The notes: generated by a model from the letters alone, not told the origin. A DNA stretch of 64,000 nucleotides from a bacterium (GCA_021815445.1 JAKAGM010000001.1:659710-723709); one strand, 5' to 3'; shown: positions 40,306-49,721, counted from the stretch's first letter. Program-made: numbers and translations.

Positions 40306-40629
40306 CTATTCGAATAACTTATCGAGCTCTTCGGAGATTCTGTCCTTGGACTGCACGCCGGTCGCTTGCCAGATAGGCTTGCCCTGTTTAAAAAGGATGA
40401 GCGTCGGAATGCTCAATATGCCATACTGCTGGGCTGACACGGGGCTCTGGTCTACCTCAAGCGAAGCAACTTTTACTTTTCCTTCATACTCTTTCGCAAC
40501 GGTTTCTATAATGGGTCCCTGCACCTTGCAGGGGGCGCACCATTCTGCCCAGAAATCAACAAGAACAGGCTTGTCGGCCTTCAAAACTTCCTGATCGAAC
40601 GAGCTGTCGGTAAGTTTGACTTCTGGCAT
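40306..40629 (-). CDS. trxA: thioredoxin (active site WCAPC)
   Basis: 107 aa with VLVDFWAEWCAPCK and a thioredoxin fold pattern. Alanine replaces the canonical glycine of CGPC. Confidence 0.85.
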   Translation of the reverse strand: MPEVKLTDSSFDQEVLKADKPVLVDFWAEWCAPCKVQGPIIETVAKEYEGKVKVASLEVDQSPVSAQQYGILSIPTLILFKQGKPIWQATGVQSKDRISEELDKLFE

Positions 40630-40711
40630 ATGGTTTGAGAGTTAAAAAAATAAGCTAAAAAAAATCTTGGAGCTTTAGTATACCTCTAACCGCCGTGGCC
40701 AACAAGCTTGT

Positions 40712-40960
40712 CTAGGTGTACTTAAAAAGCGTCGTGGCGACCTCTTTGATGCGGGCCCGATCCTCGCGCTTGTTGGAACGGAGACAAAGGTCAGTTTCCT
40801 CAGAGAGAACCCTGAGCGCGAGTTTTTCAATAGATGACTTCGCGGCCATCAGCTGCATGACCACGTCACTGCACGAACGGCAGTCTCGCATCATGCGTTC
40901 TACGGCGGCAAGCTGGCCCTGGGCTCGATGAATATGGTTGAGGACTGTTTGTGAGCTCAT
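40712..40960 (-). CDS. CsoR/RcnR/FrmR-family (DUF156) metal- or stress-sensing transcriptional repressor
   Basis: LNHIHRAQGQLAAVERMMRDCRSCSDVVMQLMAAKSSIEKLALRV matches the RIxGQxxAIxRMIEEDxYCxDVLxQ pattern. Start taken at MSSQ (40960). The track ORF start at 41026 is just a translation of the upstream palindrome. Confidence 0.7.
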   Translation of the reverse strand: MSSQTVLNHIHRAQGQLAAVERMMRDCRSCSDVVMQLMAAKSSIEKLALRVLSEETDLCLRSNKREDRARIKEVATTLFKYT

Positions 40961-41007
40961 ATACCCTATAGGGGTATATTGCCATAACAAAAATGGGGTG
41001 TCAAGCC

Positions 41008-41027
41008 TGTGTTCTACGTAGAACACA
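41008..41027. promoter_or_regulatory. perfect 20-bp palindrome TGTGTTCTACGTAGAACACA, putative operator ~45 bp upstream of the CsoR-family gene
   Basis: Exact reverse-complement symmetry read directly from the sequence. Two near-copies lie 2.8 and 3.6 kb away. Confidence 0.5.
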
Positions 41028-41055
41028 GCAGAACACTAGCCCCACGCTGGGCCCA

Positions 41056-41844
41056 TTATTTCAGATCGAAGTCGAAAATCAACGGCAAGTGATCGGATAT
41101 TTCGATCTGGGGTACTTGCAAGCCGCGCGGAGTAATTTTTTCGTTGGAAAATATATAGTCAACAAGCATCGCTGTTTCGAGATTCCCCCGTGAATTAGGC
41201 AGCGTTGAACTTATTTGGAAAGTTTCGATCATGTTTTCGAACACTTCACTAAGCATCCGAATAGACTTTGTTTTTGGCGCAACGTTAAAATCACCAACAA
41301 GCAAAAGGGGATCCGAAATATCTTTTGCAATGTCTAATAAATACATACTTTGTTTCAATGAAAACTCCGTATCTTTTTTTCCTTTGCTCCAGCAACCATG
41401 GATATTCATAAGCGTAAGTTTTCTTCCTTGGATATCTACTGTTGTGATTGCGACTGAGCGCGGGTGGTCGGTTTCTGCAAACTTTGTGTGGTCGGACTCA
41501 AGGCGGTAGGTGTAAAGATAATGTCTATTTTCAGCTGACAAAATGGGGTATTTTGAAAGGAAATAATTCCCCTGCTCTACATATCCCCCGAAGTCTCTTT
41601 GCCTATTACCTCGTAACTCAAGATGTTTTGAAATCCACTGCGGACCAAAAAACGTATGAGGGTATATATCTTTAAGTGCTTCGTCGATGACTTTCTTTGA
41701 TCTATACTGGCGAAAAGCCGTGTCATCAAAATGGCGAATTACTTCCTGGAGACAAAGGATATCAGCGTCCTGTTCCTTGAGAAACTGTGCAACTTTTTCA
41801 CTATTATCGATTTTTATTCCAATGTTGTAACTTATTAGCTTCAT
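41056..41844 (-). CDS. endonuclease/exonuclease/phosphatase (EEP) family protein
   Basis: 262 aa. ILCLQEV, LMNIHG, LLVGDFNV and SDHLPL motifs typical of the EEP fold. Confidence 0.8.
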   Translation of the reverse strand: MKLISYNIGIKIDNSEKVAQFLKEQDADILCLQEVIRHFDDTAFRQYRSKKVIDEALKDIYPHTFFGPQWISKHLELRGNRQRDFGGYVEQGNYFLSKYPILSAENRHYLYTYRLESDHTKFAETDHPRSVAITTVDIQGRKLTLMNIHGCWSKGKKDTEFSLKQSMYLLDIAKDISDPLLLVGDFNVAPKTKSIRMLSEVFENMIETFQISSTLPNSRGNLETAMLVDYIFSNEKITPRGLQVPQIEISDHLPLIFDFDLK

Positions 41845-41853
41845 ACTTCGGCA

Positions 41854-42612
41854 TTACTTAGCTATGGCTTTCGACTGCCCCCACATATACCAGAACCAGG
41901 TTCGATAGCTTTCCGCTAAATCCTTGCTGTGGATCACAAAATACACTATATCATCGGGCATCTGTAATAGGGGAAGTCCGGTATACGTGATAACGTAATC
42001 TCCGAATATGTGTATCGCGGAGTTCGTTGAATACTCCTTCGGGAGAAACCGATATTGCAATTCTCCTTCAAATTCTGCGGGAAAGTCTGGGTTCTTTTCC
42101 TTGAGCTGGTAATCGAAAAGCTGGATAAATTTGATGTTTTTCCGCTTTGCTTCTTTAAAAAAAGCTTTTCTCGCCGGTTCCAAGCGCGGATCGTACCAGT
42201 TGCCTTTTGCGCCGATGAAATAACTGTCCTTGCCGACACGGATAACATCACGGAATATATTCTTTTGGCCTTCGTGGCCCCGGTAGATGTATGCCTCTTG
42301 CGGCGCAAACCGCTCGCCAAATTTCTTTTTTAAGTCAGGCAAAATTTCTTTCAGCTTGTGCTCACGTTCTGCAAAGAGCTCTAACAACTTATCGGGGTCA
42401 ACAGCGTTGTATCGATTTTCCGTGTGGGAAAAAATCTGGAAGCATAAACCTTTTTCGATTAAGCGTTCAATCGCATCGTATGCGTTACGACGGTGGATTT
42501 TTGCCGCGACGGCAATCTCGCTGATCGTGGACTCGCCTCGCTCAACTAACGACTCATACATTTTCGCCTCGTTCGGGCTTAAACCGAGTCCTTCGAATAT
42601 TTCTTGGTACAT
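41854..42612 (-). CDS. TrmB-family transcriptional regulator
   Basis: N-terminal wHTH (LGLSPNEAKMYESLVERGESTISEIAVAAKIHRRNAYDAIERLIEKGL) followed by a ~150-aa effector-like domain. Confidence 0.65.
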   Translation of the reverse strand: MYQEIFEGLGLSPNEAKMYESLVERGESTISEIAVAAKIHRRNAYDAIERLIEKGLCFQIFSHTENRYNAVDPDKLLELFAEREHKLKEILPDLKKKFGERFAPQEAYIYRGHEGQKNIFRDVIRVGKDSYFIGAKGNWYDPRLEPARKAFFKEAKRKNIKFIQLFDYQLKEKNPDFPAEFEGELQYRFLPKEYSTNSAIHIFGDYVITYTGLPLLQMPDDIVYFVIHSKDLAESYRTWFWYMWGQSKAIAK

Positions 42613-42729
42613 ATTATTCCGTGGTGATTACTAGCACCAAATGGTGGTGTTGGCCACTCATTTATAATACTATAGCATACCCTGTTAACAGTCAACCAAT
42701 AAAAACGGTTCTTTGACAAGGAGGAGTAG

Positions 42730-43173
42730 ATGCTAACGTGTGTTTTTGGAACCTACAAAGGCTTCTTCCATCTCGGTGATGAGAAGGTTCGCGGGGGGAA
42801 ATATCATGGTAGATGCGGTTTGGCGATTGTTCGAACTTCGGGTCACTTCATATCCAAGCCGATGACAAGAGCAATTCCTAATCTTATCCTGCGTATGAAG
42901 CAATTCATGCCTGAGGCGGATAAGGTAGTTTTCTACATCGGAGAGAATGCTGATGATGAAGGGTACCTGCTAAAAGTCTTGGATGCATTTCCAAGCGACA
43001 AGCTGATCCTCGTGATGTGCACTTGCGTTTCGGACGAATTTCCTAAGCAGAGAAACGTGCGCGTCATTCGATCCGAATGCGGTGGCTACGAAACTATGGG
43101 CTATCTTTTTACTAACTTCCTTGAAACGGGAAAAGTTGAATTGCTACCATCTCAACAGAAGGATAACAAATGA
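42730..43173 (+). CDS. hypothetical protein
   Basis: 147-aa ORF preceded by a strong AGGAGG RBS 5 nt upstream of the ATG. Stop overlaps the start of the next gene (ATGA). Confidence 0.5.
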   Translation: MLTCVFGTYKGFFHLGDEKVRGGKYHGRCGLAIVRTSGHFISKPMTRAIPNLILRMKQFMPEADKVVFYIGENADDEGYLLKVLDAFPSDKLILVMCTCVSDEFPKQRNVRVIRSECGGYETMGYLFTNFLETGKVELLPSQQKDNK

Positions 43174-43763
43174 AAAAAATCATTCTGGGGTTAGTGTTGG
43201 GGGTTATCTTTTTTTCTCCTGCCAACGTATTTTCCACCGACTTCCAAGTCCGCCTTTTGCTTCATAAACAGGCTATTTTTGAGCAAAAACACTTGGGTAT
43301 CGCTGGCTGGTTCGTCGTACCTGACATCAGCACTAACAAGCCTTTGAAGAACCTCCTGGTTGCCGGTCCGTGCTACAAGGATTCACTCACATGGGTTGAA
43401 CTTATGGCTGGTGCCTTCATTACAGGATCAACTGCTAAAGATGACTCGAGGAAACCTACGGAGTTTGTAATCAACCTGCGAGCTCAAAGACAGCACATCC
43501 TCGCCTGTGATTTGTATATCGAGGTTCTCTACCGGCGAAGCGACCCGGTGATACCGATCAATATCACGCGAAGGATATTTTCACCGCTTCCTGGTGCTGT
43601 TCTTTCCGCCGGGCCTGAATGTGACTGGTTCACAAAAAAACGTGAATTGCGATACGGTACGCGAGTCACGGTCAAGTACCTGAAGATTATTTCGCTTAGC
43701 GCTGCCTACCAGTTTGCAAAGGGCGAGGACATTCTGCGGATTTACTGCCTTTTGAACCTATAG
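43170..43763 (+). CDS. hypothetical secreted protein
   Basis: 197 aa with a clear signal peptide (MKKIILGLVLGVIFFSPANVFS). Translationally coupled to the upstream ORF. Confidence 0.55.
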   Translation: MKKIILGLVLGVIFFSPANVFSTDFQVRLLLHKQAIFEQKHLGIAGWFVVPDISTNKPLKNLLVAGPCYKDSLTWVELMAGAFITGSTAKDDSRKPTEFVINLRAQRQHILACDLYIEVLYRRSDPVIPINITRRIFSPLPGAVLSAGPECDWFTKKRELRYGTRVTVKYLKIISLSAAYQFAKGEDILRIYCLLNL

Positions 43764-43813
43764 CAGTGCTAAGTAGCATCAACGACTTCCGATCTGTTTT
43801 CGGGAGTCTTTTT

Positions 43814-43831
43814 TTGTTCCACGTAGAACAA
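43814..43831. promoter_or_regulatory. near-copy of the palindrome (TTGTTCCACGTAGAACAA) at the 3' end of the udk-like gene
   Basis: 17/18 symmetric positions. Shares the core GTTC(C/T)ACGTAGAAC with the 41008 site. Confidence 0.4.
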
Positions 43832-43834
43832 TTT

Positions 43835-43860
43835 CAAAAAAGGCCGTTTTTAGGCCTTTT
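43835..43860. terminator. hairpin AAAAAAGGCC-gttttta-GGCCTTTT between converging genes (bidirectional terminator-like)
   Basis: GGCC/GGCC stem flanked by an A-tract and a T-tract. Lies between the + gene ending at 43763 and the minus gene ending at 43850. Confidence 0.45.
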
Positions 43861-44557
43861 CTTCACTATCGTTATGAATTACTATGGTGGCTTTTTCCCT
43901 TTGAGTCGTCACATGCTCGCGAGTCGCAGGTCTGACGTTTTGCTCAAACCTTTCTTTTACAACGTCTTCCGGAATACCACGTTCTGCAGTATCACGAGCT
44001 AATTTCCGGCTCAACATGGTATCTTCAGTAACATCGATGTAAACCTTGAAGGGTGTTTCGGCATCTACCTGGTCGAGCGCGTATATGCCCTCGATCACAA
44101 GGCACCGAGTCACTGGAATATCTTCTTCCCCGACACGTTCACTTACCCGCATATCAAAAATAGGTACTTTAACTTTCTCTCTCTGTTTAGCAGAGAGAAA
44201 AGCTTGCACATCACTTCTTATTCTTTCTGTGTCTAGCGCTGAAGGCAAACTGAAATTCGCTTTACCGTCTCTAGCTTCCAATTCGTCCTTTTCTAAATAA
44301 TATCTGTCTAAACTGAGAACCGTCGTATCTTCCGGAGAAAAGTCCATCCTTTCTACAAAAGTGCTTTTTCCACCTGCAGTCGGCCCGGAAACTAGTACCA
44401 GTGTCCTTTTATCCGGGTTATCCTGTTCCCAGGATTGTACTTGTTCTCGAATAGCCAAAACTGCCTCATCAAGGCCTTCATACTCCTTCTTTAAGTCCCT
44501 TAATGCAATATCCCTCCTGTCAGGATCTATTCGCCCTTCGCCAGTCGGAATTGGCAT
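43850..44557 (-). CDS. uridine kinase/phosphoribulokinase-family P-loop kinase
   Basis: P-loop VSGPTAGGKST, plus LSLDRYY and IEGIYAL motifs typical of the Udk/PRK family. Start taken at MPIPTGEG (44557). The track start at 44602 is a translation of the palindrome. Confidence 0.7.
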   Translation of the reverse strand: MPIPTGEGRIDPDRRDIALRDLKKEYEGLDEAVLAIREQVQSWEQDNPDKRTLVLVSGPTAGGKSTFVERMDFSPEDTTVLSLDRYYLEKDELEARDGKANFSLPSALDTERIRSDVQAFLSAKQREKVKVPIFDMRVSERVGEEDIPVTRCLVIEGIYALDQVDAETPFKVYIDVTEDTMLSRKLARDTAERGIPEDVVKERFEQNVRPATREHVTTQREKATIVIHNDSEEKA

Positions 44558-44585
44558 ATTACATGTAATTAATGCGTTTCGCCAA

Positions 44586-44602
44586 TGTTCCACGTAGAAC
44601 AA
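44586..44602. promoter_or_regulatory. third palindrome copy (TGTTCCACGTAGAACAA) ~30 bp upstream of the udk-like gene start
   Basis: Same core as the 41008 and 43814 sites. Confidence 0.4.
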
Positions 44603-44657
44603 TTATTCGAATGCGCTTGTATTCAAAGGATAAAGTGGACCGTACCGGATTCTAATT

Positions 44658-44730
44658 TGGACCTCAGGGGGCTCGAACCCCTCACCTCTTCCATGCCATG
44701 GAAGCGCTCTACCAAATGAGCTAGAGGCCC
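44658..44730 (-). tRNA. tRNA-Ala(GGC)
   Basis: Manual cloverleaf: acceptor GGGCCTC/GAGGTCC with the G3:U70 Ala identity pair. Anticodon stem CTTCC/GGAAG, loop ATGGCAT. T-arm AGGGG-TTCGAGC-CCCCT. CCA not encoded. Confidence 0.85.
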
Positions 44731-44736
44731 AGAACT

Positions 44737-45030
44737 TTATCTTATTTCTCTATCTATAAGTAAAATAATATCGGTAAGAGCTTTAACTGTATGATGAATA
44801 TTACCAGGAATTTCGATCTTCTTGTAGCCCGATATTATATCCCTTTCTTCGCCAACCTCAAGCTCTATCTTCCCTGAAATAAGGAATAATACTTCTTTTT
44901 CTTCATGTTGATGGTTCGCGCTGGTACTGCCCTGCTTTCTAGAAATTATTCGCACTTTACCACAATCATAAATTACCCCCCGTTCATCAGATTTATACGT
45001 ATCTATTTTCGTAATCTTGGCTTTTTTCAT
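44737..45030 (-). CDS. small cupin-domain protein
   Basis: About 98 aa from MKKAKITK. Beta-rich with a GxxxHxH-like region (IPGNIHHT). Sits between two tRNA-Ala genes. Confidence 0.5.
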   Translation of the reverse strand: MKKAKITKIDTYKSDERGVIYDCGKVRIISRKQGSTSANHQHEEKEVLFLISGKIELEVGEERDIISGYKKIEIPGNIHHTVKALTDIILLIDREIR

Positions 45031-45160
45031 AAATCTCTTGGTGGACCTAGGCGGAATCGTCAGGTCACCCGACCGGACGCCCCGTCGGACCTGTCCCGTC
45101 GAATGACGGGATGACGGGGCGAACTCTATCCTCAATAAACACTTAATTACATTGACCACA

Positions 45161-45231
45161 TGGACCTAGGGAGAATCGAACTCCCGCTTCCACAATGCGA
45201 ATGTGGTGTCATACCACTAGACCATAGGCCC
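45161..45231 (-). tRNA. tRNA-Ala(CGC)
   Basis: Acceptor GGGCCTA/TAGGTCC with G3:U70. Anticodon stem CCACA/TGTGG, loop TTCGCAT. T-arm GGGAG-TTCGATT-CTCCC. Confidence 0.8.
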
Positions 45232-45239
45232 TTGTTACT

Positions 45240-45311
45240 TGCCCCCACCAGGAATTGAACCTAGATCTATCCCTTAGGACGGGATTGTTCTATCCGTTGA
45301 ACTACGGGGGC
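45240..45311 (-). tRNA. tRNA-Arg(CCT)
   Basis: Acceptor GCCCCCG/TGGGGGC. Anticodon stem ATCCC/GGGAT, loop GTCCTAA. T-arm CTAGG-TTCAATT-CCTGG. Confidence 0.8.
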
Positions 45312-45472
45312 AAAGCGCACTAAGCTATATTTAGAAAATAAAATGTTCCACATGGAACATATTTTCAAATCATTATGATATTTTCAGCAAAAATTGTCAA
45401 TATTTCAATATTTTATATGGAGATATTTCTACAAATCATCTATATTTAGCCAAATCTATGTGTCGTAAAACA

Positions 45473-45721
45473 CTATTTGATAAATAAACCTGATATTGAT
45501 GATGAAATGCCAGAGATAAAGTTTAATCGCTTATCAAAAAAATACAATGCCGTAAGAAGCAGAACAATAGAAAGAATCAGGATCATCGTGTTGCGCAAGT
45601 CTCTTCGCAACGTTTTTGAATGAATATCCGCCGCTGTATCGTTATTTGTTTGAGTCATGTTGTTATCTTTACCTATATGATGAGTATACACAAGTGTACA
45701 AAAAAAGATAAAAGCAGGCAA
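45473..45721 (-). CDS. possible small membrane protein
   Basis: 82-aa ORF in a ~690-bp AT-rich intergenic region. One hydrophobic helix (MILILSIVLLLTALYFF). No other support. Confidence 0.25.
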   Translation of the reverse strand: MPAFIFFCTLVYTHHIGKDNNMTQTNNDTAADIHSKTLRRDLRNTMILILSIVLLLTALYFFDKRLNFISGISSSISGLFIK

Positions 45722-46000
45722 TCATCGATCTATCCTACAATTACCTGCATTGGCAGGCAACAGCGCATCATTGAATGCAGTGAAATAAAAATGAGTGCCA
45801 TGAACCGAGGCACATAAAAATAAATTTTCGGGTAAAATATTTTGATCGTCGATCCATTTTCAAATGCTTTTTATCTCCGAAACTTTTAAATGACATGACG
45901 CAATTTTTCGCCCGTAAATCCTGCGTTTTTGCGAAATGGGGTCGAACCAGATACCTTTGACACTTGACGGTTTGCGTACTACAATGGGGTCACTCAATAA

Positions 46001-46405
46001 TTGAATTTTAATAAGAATATGTTTGAAAAAGAAACGCAAAAAACGTCTCCGCGCGATATCGAAACAATCATCGGCCCTTCCGTAAAAGTTGAGGGAAATT
46101 TTGTCGGAACCGGCAATGTTGTCGTCGAAGGCTCAGTCCAGGGCATGCTCAAAACACAACAGAACCTCAGGATTGGAAAAGACGCGAAGGTGAAAGCAGA
46201 TATCCAGGCGACAAACCTGTATGTCGCAGGAGAAGTTCGCGGTAACGTCAAAGTAAGCGAAAAGACGGAACTTGCGTCTACGGCAAAAATTATAGGAAAT
46301 CTCGAGACAAAAGCTCTTTCTGTCGAAACGGGAGCGCTCCTGAACGGCAAGTGTCAGATGATTACCGAACCTAAAGAATCTAACGACAAACGCGCCGTCA
46401 AATAG
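46001..46405 (+). CDS. bactofilin-family cytoskeletal protein
   Basis: Repetitive beta-helix pattern (VEGNFVGTGNVVVEGSVQGML, KVKADIQATNLYVAGEVRGNVKV, AKIIGNLETKALSVETGALLNGK). Alternative start at MFEKE (46019). Confidence 0.75.
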   Translation: MNFNKNMFEKETQKTSPRDIETIIGPSVKVEGNFVGTGNVVVEGSVQGMLKTQQNLRIGKDAKVKADIQATNLYVAGEVRGNVKVSEKTELASTAKIIGNLETKALSVETGALLNGKCQMITEPKESNDKRAVK

Positions 46406-46429
46406 AAAAAGTGTGCGGATATAATCCGT

Positions 46430-47203
46430 ATGTATACATACATATACGACTCATTTCTTACAGAAAAAAAATATGAAAACCTCCTCTTCAGGATGGAGGC
46501 GCGTTTGCTTGAGCTTGGGATTAACGGCCGCGTTGAGAAACTTACGCTCCTAAAGAGCATGAAGGAAATTGTTGCCGACGCCGTGGATCGCAACAGCGAA
46601 ACTGTCGTGGTCGTCGGGAATGATGAAACGGTGTCAAAAGCCATAAGCTTTTTGCCCGCCCATAAGGCCGTTTTAGGCATTTTACCGATGGGAAATAACA
46701 ACAGTATTGCCGATATACTCGGGATTTCGCAGGGTATTGAAGCATGCGATATTCTTTCAAAACGGATTATAGAGCGCATTGACCTGGGTAAAGCGAACGG
46801 AAGATATTTTCTTTCCCGTCTGGTAATACAGGATGCTGCGCACGTCACACTCGACTGCAACGGATTCCAGGTATCTACACAGACCCCTGACGGGACAGTG
46901 GAGATATGTAACTTCAGCGAAGCCTCAGCGGACGACAATGATGTTTTTTCGAATCCTCAGGATGGCATTCTCGAAGCGGTGATCCGCCCTGAGATAAAAA
47001 AAAGTTGGTGGCAGACATTCAATAAGTCGTATAACCGTGCGAGTGTTTTTCCGATAAAAAAACTCCGCATCCGAAGCACCGGGGAAAATGTTACTGTCCT
47101 CGCCGACGGTCAGACGACGCTCAAAACTCCCGTCTCAATTGAAATTGTTCCCAGAGAACTGCGCGTGATCGTAGGAAAAGGAAGAGCATTCACCCGCGCC
47201 TGA
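46430..47203 (+). CDS. diacylglycerol-kinase-catalytic-domain family lipid kinase (YegS/DgkA-like)
   Basis: VVVGNDETVSKAISFL and LGILPMGNNNSIADILGI motifs typical of DAGK_cat. Confidence 0.7.
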   Translation: MYTYIYDSFLTEKKYENLLFRMEARLLELGINGRVEKLTLLKSMKEIVADAVDRNSETVVVVGNDETVSKAISFLPAHKAVLGILPMGNNNSIADILGISQGIEACDILSKRIIERIDLGKANGRYFLSRLVIQDAAHVTLDCNGFQVSTQTPDGTVEICNFSEASADDNDVFSNPQDGILEAVIRPEIKKSWWQTFNKSYNRASVFPIKKLRIRSTGENVTVLADGQTTLKTPVSIEIVPRELRVIVGKGRAFTRA

Positions 47204-47327
47204 AAAACAACGGGCCCTGTCTATACATACTCTTTCCGTACACTCGGCGGAAAAAAGCTATTTTTTCATTGACGGAAACGCAGAAAAAACGTACACTATA
47301 TGAAGTTTTCTCAAGTACAAGTCACCT

Positions 47328-49316
47328 ATGAACGTTACTGAGCTTGCCCGAAAGCTTAAAATCCCAACTGAATCCTTGCGCACACTCATTCCGGAGCTGG
47401 GCTTTGACGTGGGAAGAAAAGCTATAAAGGTAGACGACAGGGTCGCGCATCAAATTATTCAGAAGATAAAGAGCCAGCCGACACTGCTTGAGAGTATCCG
47501 CCGAGGCAGGATTGCCGCCGTGACTGACAAAGAAGAAGCTATTGCAGTCACCGAAGCTTCGGAAACATTGTCGCTGCCGCCGAAGATTGCTGTCAGAGAT
47601 TTTGCCGAACAGCTGCGTATGCCTGTGACGAGCATCATCAAGGAGCTGATGAATAACGGCATCCTTGCGTCGCTCAATGAACAGATCGATTACGACACCG
47701 CCTCAATTATTGCCGAAGACCTGGGGTTTCACACCCAGCTGAAGAAAGAAGCGGCAACTCTGGAAGAAACAACGGTAGAAAGTGTCGTAGGCAAACAGGA
47801 TGAAAAAAACCTTGTCGACAGAGCTCCTGTTGTGGTTGTCATGGGACATGTAGACCATGGTAAAACCAAGCTTCTTGATGCAATCCGTAAAACAAACGTC
47901 GTAGAGGGAGAAGCCGGCGGGATTACCCAGCACATTGGCGCGTATCAAGTGGTACATAAAGGCGCCGAAATTACATTTATAGATACGCCCGGACATGAGG
48001 CATTTACGACAATGCGGTCGAGAGGCGCGCGTGTCGCCGATATCGCCATCCTCGTCGTCGCAGCGGACGAAGGAATCAAGCCGCAAACAGAGGAAGCCAT
48101 CACCATTATACAGAATTCAGAGCTCCCGTTTGTCGTCGCGATAAATAAGATCGACAAAGAAGGGGCGAATATTGAGCGCATTAAACAGCAGCTCGCCGAA
48201 AAGAATCTCCTACCGGAAGACTGGGGCGGAAAAATTATCACCGTCCCTATTTCAGCGAAAAAATCTCAGGGCATCGACGGACTGCTCGATACCATCTTGC
48301 TTGTCAGAGACATGGAACGTGAGCATATCCGTGCGAACCCGCACAGGCCGGCAGTCGGTACTATTATAGAATCGCATATAGACAAAGGGGAAGGCGCAGT
48401 TTCCACGGTGCTGATCCAGTCGGGAACTTTGCGAACGGGAAACCTCATTAGCGTAGGCGGCATAGGAGGCAAAATTAAAACTATGAAAGACTTCCGCGGC
48501 CGGGAAATAGCCTCTGCCGGACCGTCGACCCCTGTCAAAATACTCGGACTGAAATCGGCTCCAACTGTTGGCGACATCCTCCAAGTGCAGGGAGATTCTA
48601 AAATACTCAAAAAGACGCTCAAAGATCACGATAATCAAAAAAGGAAATACGAAGCCGGGCTCACCACGCGATCAAGCGATGAAGAGGATGGCGTACAGAA
48701 ATTTCCTATCATATTGAAGACTGACACGCTCGGTTCGCAAGAAGCTATCATCCAGGAGATAGAGCGGCTCGCACTTCCTGATTTTAAAATTGCTATCATA
48801 AAAAAAGGACTCGGCAACGTATCTGAATCTGACATAGAATCCGCGCAAGCTACGGGCGCTATCATCTACGGGTTTCACGTCATAGTCTCACCGGCTGTCC
48901 AAGAATCAGCAATTGAACGTAATGTAAGCATCAGGCCTTTCGCCATTATTTACGAGCTTATTCAGGACGTACAAAACGAAGGTGAAAAAATACTCTCGCC
49001 TGAAATCGTTAAGACTGAAATAGGAAGGATAAAAATACTCTCAATATTCAGGACGGAAAAAAAGTCGATGATTATCGGCGGTACCGTGACCAAAGGAAGC
49101 GCGAAACTCGACGTGAAGGTCCGTGTCATGCGGAATAAAGTGGAAATATCCCAAGGCAAGATCACCGGCCTGCAGTCAGGGAAACAGGACGTAAAGGAAG
49201 TGGCTGCAGTCGCTGAATGCGGAATAAAATTTGAGGGCCCCACGGTGATTGAGGCGGGCGACATGCTCGAACTGTACACTGAGGAAAAAAGATTCCGTAA
49301 ACTCAATAGGAAATAG
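47328..49316 (+). CDS. infB: translation initiation factor IF-2
   Basis: G-domain ([30 protein letters not shown]). N-terminal IF2-N-like helix [18 protein letters not shown]-terminal beta-barrels. Confidence 0.9.
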   Translation: MNVTELARKLKIPTESLRTLIPELGFDVGRKAIKVDDRVAHQIIQKIKSQPTLLESIRRGRIAAVTDKEEAIAVTEASETLSLPPKIAVRDFAEQLRMPVTSIIKELMNNGILASLNEQIDYDTASIIAEDLGFHTQLKKEAATLEETTVESVVGKQDEKNLVDRAPVVVVMGHVDHGKTKLLDAIRKTNVVEGEAGGITQHIGAYQVVHKGAEITFIDTPGHEAFTTMRSRGARVADIAILVVAADEGIKPQTEEAITIIQNSELPFVVAINKIDKEGANIERIKQQLAEKNLLPEDWGGKIITVPISAKKSQGIDGLLDTILLVRDMEREHIRANPHRPAVGTIIESHIDKGEGAVSTVLIQSGTLRTGNLISVGGIGGKIKTMKDFRGREIASAGPSTPVKILGLKSAPTVGDILQVQGDSKILKKTLKDHDNQKRKYEAGLTTRSSDEEDGVQKFPIILKTDTLGSQEAIIQEIERLALPDFKIAIIKKGLGNVSESDIESAQATGAIIYGFHVIVSPAVQESAIERNVSIRPFAIIYELIQDVQNEGEKILSPEIVKTEIGRIKILSIFRTEKKSMIIGGTVTKGSAKLDVKVRVMRNKVEISQGKITGLQSGKQDVKEVAAVAECGIKFEGPTVIEAGDMLELYTEEKRFRKLNRK

Positions 49317-49343
49317 GCCTGCTAAATTTTTTGCTCAAGCGGC

Positions 49344-49721
49344 ATGACACTCAACCGCATGGATCGCATCAATGAGCTTATCAAGCGCCAGCTGGGTTTG
49401 CTGTTCCTTCGGGAACTTGACCTCCCACACGAGAGCTTCGTGACCGTGACCGAGGTGCGAACGACTAATGATCTCTCGGCGTGCACGATATATATCAGCG
49501 TCACTCCCGGAGACGCGGCAAAAGAAATTCTTGCCCTCCTGCAGAAACGGAGAGGATTCTTTCGGCATGAGCTGAGCCAGCAGGTTATTTTGAGGAAAAT
49601 GCCTGAAGTGAGATTTGAACTTGATATGGGGGCGCAGAAAGCCGCGCGAATTGAAGAGCTTCTTGATAAAATTATCCCTGACGACAAACCTGCTTCTGAT
49701 AGCAGCCATGAACCGCTATAG
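49344..49721 (+). CDS. rbfA: ribosome-binding factor A
   Basis: RINELIKRQLGLLFLRELDLPHESFVTVTEVRTTNDLSACTIYISV matches the RbfA KH-like pattern. Conserved position after infB. Confidence 0.85.
   Translation: MTLNRMDRINELIKRQLGLLFLRELDLPHESFVTVTEVRTTNDLSACTIYISVTPGDAAKEILALLQKRRGFFRHELSQQVILRKMPEVRFELDMGAQKAARIEELLDKIIPDDKPASDSSHEPL

Noticed and set aside
45921-45990. GGTTCGACCCC T-arm-like sequence suggesting a tRNA or tmRNA
   Set aside because: Could not build a cloverleaf. No matching acceptor strands, and only a 3-bp T-stem. Probably fortuitous or a decayed fragment.
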